Below are positions 37,327 to 47,097 of a stretch of DNA of 64,000 nt, in pieces. The notes beneath the pieces are model-generated. The model did not search any database, was not told the origin of the DNA, and was given only the letters and a program-made list of their open reading frames with translations. Position numbers and translations under genes: made by a program. This DNA comes from an uncultured Nitrososphaerota archaeon (GTDB taxonomy: Archaea > Thermoproteota > Nitrososphaeria > Nitrososphaerales > CADDZS01). Location of the stretch: assembly GCA_963799845.1 (NCBI GenBank), contig CAWCYI010000004.1, positions 800,001 through 864,000 on the forward strand, in the 5' to 3' direction. Numbering within the stretch: position 1 is the first letter of the stretch; every line of letters begins with the position of its first letter.

Positions 37327-37923
37327 TTGGCAACTTTTAGGACTATGGCCCTCGCCCTGACAGTGTTCATCGCGGCTATAGTCGCATCCGCCATAGTCGT
37401 CAGTTCTTCCGCCAGCCCGACCGCGACGTCGGTAGGAGAGGCGTCCGCCACTACGCAGACTTCGATTGTGATCCAGACCGTCAATCTCACCAGAAGCCTA
37501 ACAACTGTTGTTCCAGAGACGACTTTTACAACCGCTCGCGTGACATCTACCGTCCTAAATTATTCCAATATCGTTAGATCGTTCAATTCAACTTTTGTCT
37601 CGACGGACGTCACCACGACGACTAGCAGCCAGACAACATATTACACGAGCAACGTCTTCTACCTCACGACTGAAACGCAGATAGTCTACACCACAAATGG
37701 TTCAGGAAGTAGTGCAGGTGTTGCTACTGTAACAACGACAATCACGACAACTAGATACCCAAGTTCAGCTTTCATCTCAACAGCTACGGTAACGAAGACA
37801 GTCCCTGACACTACGATTACCTCCACAGCTACTGTGTCTCAAATCACGACGACAACTGTTGCAAGTACTACTGTGACTGAGACGACGACGTGCGCTCGAA
37901 ATGGACCACCGCCAAAATGTTGA
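37327..37923 (+). CDS. secreted Thr-rich protein
   Basis: signal peptide, Thr/Val/Ser-dominated body, C-terminal CARNGPPPKC. Confidence 0.75.
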   Translation: MATFRTMALALTVFIAAIVASAIVVSSSASPTATSVGEASATTQTSIVIQTVNLTRSLTTVVPETTFTTARVTSTVLNYSNIVRSFNSTFVSTDVTTTTSSQTTYYTSNVFYLTTETQIVYTTNGSGSSAGVATVTTTITTTRYPSSAFISTATVTKTVPDTTITSTATVSQITTTTVASTTVTETTTCARNGPPPKC

Positions 37924-37982
37924 TCGCAGTTCAAACTTTACTTTGAGTGTGTTGAAGCTGGTAGACAAAGAGTCCTAATTCT

Positions 37983-38297
37983 TCAGATGCCTTTCGCGAT
38001 GTTCCTCTTTTTTGTGACTTCCCGCTGATAGAGCGGACATTTAGCGCATCCCATCGATTCCATCTCAGTGATGCTTTGAATCCTTATGAACTCGGATACA
38101 TCTGTACCCATTTCCCTTATCAGTTGATCTAAGGCTTCGTCGTAAATCTTCCAGATTTCCGTGGAAGACGTAACCTTCTGAACTCTCAGATCGCGTTTCC
38201 TGAATATTCGAAAAAGAGAACCTTCCAGACATATGGGGAACCCATGTCTTTTACAGTCCCTTATTCTAGATACAACGGCTCCATCCAAAACGAACAA
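37983..38297 (-). CDS. hypothetical protein with CxxH and CxxC motifs
   Basis: CKRHGFPIC and CAKCP; start uncertain. Confidence 0.55.
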   Translation of the reverse strand: MFVLDGAVVSRIRDCKRHGFPICLEGSLFRIFRKRDLRVQKVTSSTEIWKIYDEALDQLIREMGTDVSEFIRIQSITEMESMGCAKCPLYQREVTKKRNIAKGI

Positions 38298-38516
38298 GGT
38301 CGGAAAATATTGGATCTCGTTGGATATTGAGTTGAACCCGAACGTATACGTGAATCATAGAACTGGATTGCCAGTAGGTTAGTGCACTGGTAAACTTCCT
38401 AAGAGAAATCAGGACAAATCTCGGGAATCTCCAAACAGGCTGTTTTGCATGGATTAGCCGGAAAATTCGAGCATACTCTTTTTAACATGGGGGGCTCTTC
38501 CGCGAGTCGTACCAAA

Positions 38517-39134
38517 ATGTCACAAGTCCAGAAATGGCACATGAAGGGAGATTTCTTTGACAGCTGTTCCTGCGAAGTCTCGTGTCCCTGCAACTGGTCG
38601 TCTCCTCCGACCGGGAATCACTGCATTGGGGCCGTGGCGATTCACGTCCGGGACGGAAAGTATGGGGACACAAAGCTCGATGATTTGAGCATCGTCCTAG
38701 TCGTTGACCTTGGAGAAGGCGTCATCTGGAAGGGTGGTTGGAGAGCGGGAGTGATATTTGATGAAAAAGCCAATCCGAGCCAGCGTGATGCGCTAGCAAC
38801 AATAATGACCGGGAAAGCTGGCGGAGCTCCAGCGATGATCGCCTCTCTGATAAAGGAAATGGTGGGCGTGGAATTTGCCCCGATCAGTTTCCATTACAGC
38901 AAGGACGGCTGGGGTGTGTCGGTGGGCGGGGGCAAGGTCGAAGTTCAGACCGAAGCTACGAAGGATTCTAATGGAAACATCACGCAGATTCATAACGCGC
39001 CGGTTGTGGAGACGGGAACCGGGCCGATAACCTCTGGAAAGGCAAAGAGTTCTACGGTTAGGGCGTTCGGATGGACGTGGGACCTGACCGGCAAGAGCAG
39101 CAAGCACGAACCCGTTGACTGGAAGGGCCCGTGA
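38517..39134 (+). CDS. DUF1326 family protein
   Basis: W.MKGDFFDSCSCEVSCPC...PT..HC signature. Confidence 0.88.
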   Translation: MSQVQKWHMKGDFFDSCSCEVSCPCNWSSPPTGNHCIGAVAIHVRDGKYGDTKLDDLSIVLVVDLGEGVIWKGGWRAGVIFDEKANPSQRDALATIMTGKAGGAPAMIASLIKEMVGVEFAPISFHYSKDGWGVSVGGGKVEVQTEATKDSNGNITQIHNAPVVETGTGPITSGKAKSSTVRAFGWTWDLTGKSSKHEPVDWKGP

Positions 39135-39172
39135 CTGACTAGTCAAAGTAATTAGATCGGCCGAGTGATCTT

Positions 39173-39982
39173 ATGACTGAAACCCGCAAACCGTTTTTTG
39201 TCCCCGACAGGCTTGCGATTTCTGTAGCAGCAGCTCTATTGACCCTAGCCGCGGTCTCCTGGTTGGCATCCTACTATCTCATGCCTCTCATGGCCGGTGC
39301 CGGCATGATGTCGATGGGAGTTGCGGGCATCGTTTCGTCCCTCTCTTTTTCTTCGGTAGGCATCTTTGAAATCGTCTGGGTCATAGGGATGGCGGCGATG
39401 ATGTTTCCCGCGATGATTCCGATAGTTTTGTTTTACAACAAGGTTGCAACTAAGCAGGAGTCAAATCCGTTCCTGGCGAGGGTCGTGGGGACGCCCCTCT
39501 TCCTGAGCGGGTACCTGATAATGTACGCAGTTTTGGGTATCGGAGCTTACCTTGCTGTTTACGAAGGCATCAACCTTTCAATGGGTTTCTCCGATTTGGC
39601 GACACTCGCGATTCTCGCTTCCAGTGCCATCTTGATCATCACTGGGGTCTACCAGTTTACTCCGCTTAAATCGCGATGCCTGTCAAATTGTGCTTCGCCG
39701 ATCGGTTTCTTTGCGGTCCATCTCCAGAAGGGAATGGTCGGGAGCGTTCGAATGGGCCTGAGGCACGGAATCTACTGCGTCGGATGCTGCTGGGCATTCA
39801 TGCTGGTTATGCTCGCCGTTGGGGCGATGAGCATTCCAGTAATGGCGGTACTGGCTGGAGTAATAGCCGTCGAAAAAGTCGTCGTGCGGGGAGCTGCGTG
39901 GTTCAACGCGCTCATTGCGGGGGCATTCATTGCACTGGGCGTAGCTGTGCTGATATTTCCGAGCATTCTGGCTCATATCTGA
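39173..39982 (+). CDS. DUF2182 predicted metal-binding membrane protein
   Basis: MAAMMFP, YQFTPLKSRCLSNC and YCVGCCWAFM motifs. Confidence 0.9.
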   Translation: MTETRKPFFVPDRLAISVAAALLTLAAVSWLASYYLMPLMAGAGMMSMGVAGIVSSLSFSSVGIFEIVWVIGMAAMMFPAMIPIVLFYNKVATKQESNPFLARVVGTPLFLSGYLIMYAVLGIGAYLAVYEGINLSMGFSDLATLAILASSAILIITGVYQFTPLKSRCLSNCASPIGFFAVHLQKGMVGSVRMGLRHGIYCVGCCWAFMLVMLAVGAMSIPVMAVLAGVIAVEKVVVRGAAWFNALIAGAFIALGVAVLIFPSILAHI

Positions 39983-40092
39983 GAATTGCTTATGCATCTT
40001 CAGATCTGTGGAGGGCGAGATAACGTGTCACGATTTTGTACCCAAGAAGCCAATTTCATGTTTGAGAATCGTCTTCAGAATTTAATATATGG

Positions 40093-41112
40093 TTGACAAA
40101 AGCGCTTGAACCCGTGGTAAATACGAGCACGGGCTTTCCTCCTAACAGAACCCGCAAACGGTACGCTGTTTCCAACTCCGTCATGCTTGCCCTCTTCGCG
40201 ATAATTGTCATCATTGTTGCAGGCGTAGCTGTCCTGGGTTATAACTTTGGAAGCACTCAGGCAAACCAGTCACTGGTAAATTCTCTTCAGAGTCAGGTCA
40301 GCACCATTAGCAACCAGCTAAAGTCGCAGGGGAGTAACCTATCTTTGGTCCAGGCAAAACTATCGTCTTTACCAGAGGAGAACCAGAAGCCCCAAGTCAG
40401 GAATATCAAGGTCGACTGGAGCAATACTGAAAATTCTGGTCAGGATAGATTCTACGTTCCTACCATCACGGTAAACCAGGGAGACACGATTGTGATCACC
40501 TTCGTCAGCAACGACACGGACGCGCATACCTTTACTCTGGAATCTCCTTATGACTTCCAGATCAACGCCACGGTTCCCGGGACTCTTGATTACCTGAAGA
40601 ACGAGACGCCTTTCACTACGAACGCCACAAACAACTCGCCCGGCGTGAAGGTGTTCGGAACTCCGGGTAACGTCACCGGGACTGGATCATTTGTTGCAAA
40701 ATACGCGGGAATTTTCGAATACTTTTGCATTTACCATGTAGCGCTAGGGATGTTCGGCTATCTAACGGTGCTGCCGAACGAGGCCTACTCAAATTCATAT
40801 CTGAGCAACTCGACCGCTATATCAGGAACAGTAACTCCGGTCAGCATAGCTTCCGGCGCTGCTGCCAATCCCAATTCCAGCGGATTCACCCCGAGTGTGA
40901 TCACGGTTGTTATAGGAGTCAACAACACCATACAGTGGACTAACAACGATTCCGTGCCACACACGGTAACTGCGGACGATGGTTCGTTCAGCTCCGGGAA
41001 CTTGAATCCAAGTGACGAATTCACGTGGACTTTCACAACTGCCGGCAATTACGCGTATCACTGCAGCTACCACCCCTGGATGAAAGCGACCATCATAGTA
41101 AAGTCGGGATAA
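40093..41112 (+). CDS. membrane-tethered two-domain cupredoxin (blue copper) protein
   Basis: two type-1 Cu ligand sets: AHTF...CIYHVALGM and PHTV...CSYHPWM; N-terminal TM plus coiled linker. Confidence 0.88.
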   Translation: MTKALEPVVNTSTGFPPNRTRKRYAVSNSVMLALFAIIVIIVAGVAVLGYNFGSTQANQSLVNSLQSQVSTISNQLKSQGSNLSLVQAKLSSLPEENQKPQVRNIKVDWSNTENSGQDRFYVPTITVNQGDTIVITFVSNDTDAHTFTLESPYDFQINATVPGTLDYLKNETPFTTNATNNSPGVKVFGTPGNVTGTGSFVAKYAGIFEYFCIYHVALGMFGYLTVLPNEAYSNSYLSNSTAISGTVTPVSIASGAAANPNSSGFTPSVITVVIGVNNTIQWTNNDSVPHTVTADDGSFSSGNLNPSDEFTWTFTTAGNYAYHCSYHPWMKATIIVKSG

Positions 41113-41306
41113 CTGATCTGGGTATGGGTGGATCTATGGACTAGTTAGCTTCGAACACACCCGGGTTCCTTAATCTTAATTCCACAAGCGTTATGCGGCA
41201 ATCTGCCATTTTAGAAATAATCCATTCGAGGGAATTTTGGAAAATGTAGAGCCGGGATATATATCCGGCAGCCACCCTTGATTGCAAAGAGGAGTTCTAA
41301 GCACAC

Positions 41307-41636
41307 TTGGAAATGTATGATTTACTTCAGTGCGTGGATCGGGGACTGGATGCATTCGGCACAAACATGAAACAGGCAGTGTACTGGACGCTAATGTCCA
41401 AGGAAGCTATATCGTCTGACAGAATACTTGCAAATCCGGAAGCATTCGTTAGCGCGCTAAAGGAAATATTTGGTAACGGGTACCATCTTGCAGAGAGATC
41501 TATCGTCAGAGAAATGAAGAAAACTTTTGAACTCAACAAACCCGCGAGCGCTTACACCATCTTGGGGGCATTTGAGATCGTCAGTAAGGACATTACCAAT
41601 GTTGCAGATCCTGTAATACTAACGCAGACACAATAA
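41307..41636 (+). CDS. stand-alone DUF3227/NitrOD5-like protein
   Basis: VDRGLDAFG...PEAFVSALKEIFG...ERSI pattern. Confidence 0.65.
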   Translation: MEMYDLLQCVDRGLDAFGTNMKQAVYWTLMSKEAISSDRILANPEAFVSALKEIFGNGYHLAERSIVREMKKTFELNKPASAYTILGAFEIVSKDITNVADPVILTQTQ

Positions 41637-42261
41637 CCGCCATCAAAGTTACTAAGAACAGATTTAGAGCAGCCTGTGTGCTCATTTCTTCGTCCAGAGT
41701 TCTGCGTTGAGCTCCTTGATAGAATTTCTTTCTATTGTTCTCTAATCGATAAATATGAACCGTTCAGTCAACTAGTGGAGCGTCGGAGAAATTCGAGTAA
41801 TTATTCACATCGAAATTCTCGCAATATCCCAACGCTTTGTTCTTGTTCAGATGTGGGAGTCTCGCGGAAACTATCCTGCCACACGTGAGACACTGATATT
41901 TCAAAACCTGTTGCGCTCCTAAATAATTGGCGGGAAGTCCTAAAAAGAGTTCTCAGTATCGGTCCATCCAGAAATCATCGGACACCCGATATTACTCCGA
42001 AAATGGCGACTCGAAAGTGCTGAGTTTCGATATGATGTACAAACCCGACATGCAAAATCTGAATAATTTTTCACAGATTGAGATCATACATTGAGGAAAA
42101 AGGCCTAGTGGTCTGAAACTCAAGTTGGTAATGGTTTTGCAATCGAAATCATTCCCCAACCATCAGAATCCAACTCTCAAACCCGTTCGTGAATAAAATT
42201 CTTGAGTCTGGGTAGAGGACTCTTCGGGTTCTTCTAAAGGCATAGATTCCGCCAACACAAC

Positions 42262-42976
42262 ATGAAAACAAAACTAGCTCTGATCTCAACGTTAGCCGTA
42301 CTAGTAATTCTGTCTTCAGTAAGCGTCGCATCCGCGGATAAATCGATCTCAATGGTCGGGTCGCAGTGGGCCGTCTTCGAACAGACCACACTGCCAAATG
42401 GCAATTTACTATTCTCTCCAGCGGCCCATGCCGACACTATCCCTTCGGGGGGAGTCCAGTTTTCAATGCCAGACGCTACCGCGTCCAGTCCTGCATACGT
42501 GAATTATCTGCTCGATACTTTCAACGTCGCCCTAACTGAGACAAATACAATAAGCGCTACGATAAATGTTATGACAAGTTCTCCGACAACAGACTTTTGT
42601 AGGCAATCCTGATGGGATCATTCCAGGAACATCCGTAAGGCTCTTTATCCAAGCCAATCTTCCCAACGATCACAGCGCTTCTATCTGCGGAATCGACAAG
42701 AACGTCAATAACTACTGGTGGGCAGATGATGCTTCCTATACTTTCGCCACAGGTCTAAGTGGTACTATCACACTAACTGCATCTCTTGGTGGAGCTTGGA
42801 GCAACATATGCGGGCAAGTTAGCAGTTCTAATCAGGCTGCGTTCGATTCAGCTATAGCGAGCATACACTTAATCGGATTGTCGTTCGGTAGCGGATACTT
42901 CTACTCCAACGGCCTGGGCGTAGACGGAACAACTGGAAGCGCAACCTTCCAGCTTGTCAGCTACTCAATCACCTAG
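42262..42976 (+). CDS. secreted hypothetical beta-protein; frame break in TTTT near 42597
   Basis: signal peptide; removing one T continues VGNPDG...NYWW...IGLSFGSGYFYSNG to TAG 42976. Confidence 0.75.
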
Positions 42977-42987
42977 CGCAAGAAATT

Positions 42988-43017
42988 GGGAGCGCAAGCT
43001 CCCTTCCTTTTGTTTTT
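42988..43017 (+). terminator. hairpin plus U-tract terminator
   Basis: GGGAGC-GCAA-GCTCCC followed by TTCCTTTTGTTTTT. Confidence 0.75.
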
Positions 43018-43020
43018 AAG

Positions 43021-43410
43021 TGCTAAGGCACTGTTGCCTGCATGAGTCATTACCCTGTACTAGAGAGAACGTGCGCGTATTGACACACACGCCGTCTGTC
43101 AATATACATGTGAATCCCACGAGCCTCTGAGACTCGCAATTCCTGTTAGTTTTTGGATAACTGGATGTTCCGCGAGCCAACGTGGTCGATGTACTCGCCG
43201 TAAGATGAGTTCGAGTTGTTGTTATGGGGATTGTGACGCCGAAAGGGGATAGACAATTCCGTCCCCTATCCTGGGCGTCGTCCCGCAGACTCCCGTAGTT
43301 ACAGCGGATAGCGCACGTCTTACTCAAGAGATCACACGGCTCAAAATCTGGGCAGGAGGTCAAGTTTCGAAAGCTCGACCACGTTCTGTAATGAGCTTAC
43401 TTCCAGCTCC
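43021..43410 (+). ncRNA. candidate large structured non-coding RNA, family unknown
   Basis: end-to-end pairing, six short hairpins and a ~124-nt rod rich in plus-strand G-U pairs; no credible ORF. Confidence 0.5.
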
Positions 43411-43430
43411 TCCTATGAGAGACCATATAC

Positions 43431-43462
43431 AAAAAAGAAAGGAATGCGGGTGGTTAACCCGC
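43431..43462 (-). terminator. hairpin plus U-tract terminator
   Basis: GCGGGT-N5-ACCCGC followed by a T tract on the minus strand, just after stop 43470. Confidence 0.7.
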
Positions 43463-43469
43463 TTATTTT

Positions 43470-45651
43470 TTAGGGCACGACGAAGTTAATTGAGGTCCCC
43501 CAGTTAGCCATCTGGCCTCTCGTTCCACCGCAGGTTGGGTCAATAGCGAACGCGGCGGGCGAACAGTTCGGGTACTGGATATAGTTGGTGGCGAAGTAGA
43601 TCTTGTCTCCCGAGGCAATTGCCCAGCTGTAATCTCCCCAGCGGGGGCGATATGAAGCTGAAGCGCCAGGGCACATCGCGGTTGGACTCGCCGTATTAAG
43701 GCACTGGTACTCGGTAAACCCATCCTGAGGTGACTGACCCAGGTCTGCGATGTTTATCACTCTTCCAGTAAGGCCACCCGAGGTACTTGTTAGGCGACCG
43801 TACACCGTACTAGGATAGTAGTTGTGGCCCGATAGCGTGAAGGTAATTATGGCTCCATTATTCCCGCCGTCCTGTGATGGAGACCCGGTCGCGGCCATCG
43901 CTGGGAATTCCAAATCCTCGTGCATAGCTGTTACGTACGCCTGGCTCGTTAGGCTGAAGACTCCACTTGAGTCGAAAGAGCTTGTGCCTATGACCCAGTA
44001 AGCGGCTCCCATGTGGTTTTCCGGCGATCCAGAAATGAACGTTTGCTCCACCTGAGTGCTTATTGCGCTCCAAATCTGACCCTGTGCGTAAGAGGCTTGA
44101 GTAGCCCCGTCACCGTTAGTCGCGATTCCTCCTTCAGGGCAAGTACTTGAGCAACCCTGGTCGTTCCCGCCGGGTGCGTCCTTACTGAAACCCACCGGAT
44201 AATTACTTGTGCCTAGAGGTATTGGCCCGCTTTTCTGCGTAGCAAGAAATCCCAGATTGTAGTACGATAGCACGCCGGAGAATAGCTGACCGCCGAAACC
44301 TATGCCCGAGCAAGTTATGCAGAAAAGGCTATTCAGGTTGATAAGGCCTGTCCAGTCGAATACTGCGATCCGGTTGTCCCCAGCGCCGACAAAGTCGAGC
44401 GATGCGAACATGAATCCGGAGCCTCCGTGGCTTTTGTCGTACTGTGATGGGTCGGATGACTGTGCTGGAATTACCTGGTACCAGCAATCAACTCCGCCAC
44501 TAGCAGCACAGCTTCCGTCTGGTGTTGGGAAGTAACCCATGTTCTCGATAGCGACGTTGAAGGAGGGACTAGCAACCGGTAGGCCCAGTTCCAACGCTGA
44601 CTTTGTAATCGCGATTTCTTGCGCCCCGTTGAAAAAGCCGCCGCCCAAACCGCCACCGCGCAAGGGGAACTCGTCATAGAACAGTAAGAAGGCGTCTCTG
44701 GTGGTTGCGATCTTTGCAAAGTCATTGAGGAGGTAGGGATAACCCGGCTCTAACGGATTGTAATTGGGGTTGAAGAAGTAGACATAGTAAGAGCCCAGCG
44801 GGTTTGCTGTTACGCTCACAGCAATCCCCTCATAGCAGGCTAAAGCTCCAGCTGAAAAGCAACCGTTTGGTGCAAAGGGACCCATCGAGGCCTCAGAACT
44901 TGCTGAAACGATCTCCGTAATGAACCAGTGTCCACCGTTGTTGTAATCGAAGAGGCATGAGGGGTCGCCGCCGCTGCTCCATGGTCCTCCCATTTTGGCA
45001 GGGATGCTTGTGAGACCCATCAGCGCGTCAAGGGAAATAGCGGGTCTTGCGTTGTTCAAGGCGGGGTTGAAAACCATAATCTCCCCTTGGTTGTTAGTCT
45101 CCATAACGAACCCGTTACCAGCACACAGGCCTTGGTCTGCGGGTTCAACGTTCCCGACAACCGGGAAAAGATTGAGGTCGTTTAGTGCGTTCAAACCTTT
45201 CACGCCCTTCGCACCGCCGGAAGATCCACTAACGGTGTCGCAACCCGCACCCGGGCAACTGACTACTGGAGGGGGATCCGCGGCAGGACTAGCCTGCAAA
45301 TTGGAATTTGCAGATGTGACTTGTTTAGGGCTGTAGTAAGGAACCACATGATTTGGTCCGGAGACGGTTAACTGGTTTGAAATAACCGGGCTCGCCGCGG
45401 GTGCGGCAGTCGCCCTGAAGGGGCCGAAGGGCCCAGTTAGAACAGTACCTGGCCGGACCAAAAGTTAGTCCGGTATTTCCTGGTAAAGTGGTTGGAGTAA
45501 TAATGCTAGGAGCGGCTGATGGGGAGCTCGTCAAGATCGAATAGGCTGTGACAGGAAGGGCCCCGCTAACCAGCATAAGCGCCAGCAACGCGATTGACAC
45601 GATTAAGATTCTTTTCGGATATTTTACGAGAAAAGTCCCAATTCGATTCAT
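43470..45651 (-). CDS. secreted Cys-containing protein, probable beta-propeller; frame break near 45460
   Basis: signal peptide in ORF 45325..45651; EPADQGLCAGNG, GDPSCLFD and RWGDYS motifs. Confidence 0.75.
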
Positions 45652-45706
45652 GAGTCGAGAGGGCGAGAGCGCTGAGTAAATAAGTCTTCAGAAAAACCGG
45701 GAACTA

Positions 45707-46744
45707 TGTTTTTTCCAGAAATCATTTCGCATCTGTCAGGAGACCTCCATAGACAAAGGATATTCAAGAGCATCTAACTGCGGCATCTTCTCGTAGTAAG
45801 CCTGGGTTGGCGTCTTGAGGTCAAGGGCTCCATGAGGCCTCACTTCATTGTACCACTTCATGAACTCATCTATCGAGGAGAACCACTTGATCTTACTCTC
45901 GAATATGTCGAAGAACTTCTCGATCTTGCCGTTCGTCTGGGGGTGGTTGACTCTTCCGAGGATGAATCTTATCTTGTGCTTCAAGAGACACCTCTCGAAT
46001 TCTGTCATCCCCTTCTCCCTCCTCTCAGATTCCATCGTGTAAAATGTGGTTCCGTGGTCGGATAGGATCGATGCAGGTTTGCCGTGTTCCTTCATGGCGC
46101 TCTCAAGACAGGAAACAGAGTACTCCGAGGTCAGCGTTTCATGGACCCCAAATCCGGTAATGAGACGAGAAGCATCATCCTCATAGCAGGTGAGCCACTT
46201 GCCCTTCCACCTCGGATCCTTTACCTCGTGCCAGTCCGTATGCCATAATGAATTCGAGTGTTCCCTCTCGTATCTGACCCACTTCCTCCTTATCCACTTC
46301 TTCCTAGAGTTTGACGCAAAGGAGTTCATCAGGAGCACCCTGTGTATCCTGTTGTGGTTGATGTGAATCTTGCTATCGCACTCGATCTTTCGTTCAAGGT
46401 AGAGGGCGTTTGCCCTATATCTCTGATAAGCATCAATGACGAGTGAAGTTTCCTCGTCGGTAATTGGAATGCTTTTCCTTCCTGGTTTCTTGAGGAGGAG
46501 AGGCACACCCCCACCTTTCCTATGCTGGGCAAGTATCTGCTCAACCCTCCTCTTTGACACCCCGAGCTGGAGAGCAATGTTTGCGCAGGTCTCGCCCCTT
46601 TCTCTCAGCTCTGAAGAGGTAACTGATCTTGTCGCTATCAAGCTTCGCGGGCACATGTTTCTCGTAACGCTTTGTTACGCTCTTCCAAAACTCTCCCAGT
46701 CTACTCCTGTTTACCAGCTTGCGAAATAATTGTTGGAAAAGAGA
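45707..46744 (-). mobile_element. IS481-family insertion sequence with 15-bp target site duplication
   Basis: imperfect 24-bp terminal IRs (TGTTTTTTCCAGAAATCATTTCGC vs TCTCTTTTCCAACAATTATTTCGC); AAAAACCGGGAACTA at 45692-45706 and 46745-46759. Confidence 0.9.
45736..46656 (-). CDS. tnp: IS481-family DDE transposase
   Basis: HTH, WHTDW, DDASR, ILSDHG and PQTNGKIEKF motifs; probable frame break in the first ~15 codons. Confidence 0.9.
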   Translation of the reverse strand: MCPRSLIATRSVTSSELRERGETCANIALQLGVSKRRVEQILAQHRKGGGVPLLLKKPGRKSIPITDEETSLVIDAYQRYRANALYLERKIECDSKIHINHNRIHRVLLMNSFASNSRKKWIRRKWVRYEREHSNSLWHTDWHEVKDPRWKGKWLTCYEDDASRLITGFGVHETLTSEYSVSCLESAMKEHGKPASILSDHGTTFYTMESERREKGMTEFERCLLKHKIRFILGRVNHPQTNGKIEKFFDIFESKIKWFSSIDEFMKWYNEVRPHGALDLKTPTQAYYEKMPQLDALEYPLSMEVS

Positions 46745-46768
46745 AAAAACCGGGAACTAGAATGAAAT

Positions 46769-46787
46769 TATATCGGTGTCCGATATA
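46769..46787. promoter_or_regulatory. perfect palindrome TATATCGG-TGT-CCGATATA (TATCG-N5-CGATA site)
   Basis: 8-bp perfect arms; ~65 bp upstream of gene 45651 once the IS is removed. Confidence 0.7.
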
Positions 46788-47097
46788 GATCTCGTTTTTC
46801 TTTAAATAAGATTCCACTTTTTGTTATTCGTTGGGACAATCGAGACGGTTCTCATGATAACCGGCCTGATCTTCGGGAAGAAGACGAGTATTTCACCATC
46901 GATTGACTGTATTCGCGAGCATCCATTTACTTGGTTTTTCGCATGAATCAGCTAAGTATATAGCAAATACTGCAAAAAAAAATTACGCCATTTTTTTGAT
47001 GACCGACCGCCTAATATCTTGAAATCCCGAATATGTTAGGGCGAAAAGATAATATTCGGCTCGATTATGGCTGAATCATTTATTCCTCGGGGGAATC

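Noticed and set aside
43016-43363. 115-aa minus-strand ORF
   Set aside because: No recognisable motif, atypical composition and a TTG start; the region is better explained as structured RNA
43071-43382. Group II intron (GTGCG at 43071; GAGCCGTGTGA on the minus strand near 43332-43342)
   Set aside because: The two hallmarks are on opposite strands, the D5-like stretch does not form a proper hairpin, and no gene is interrupted
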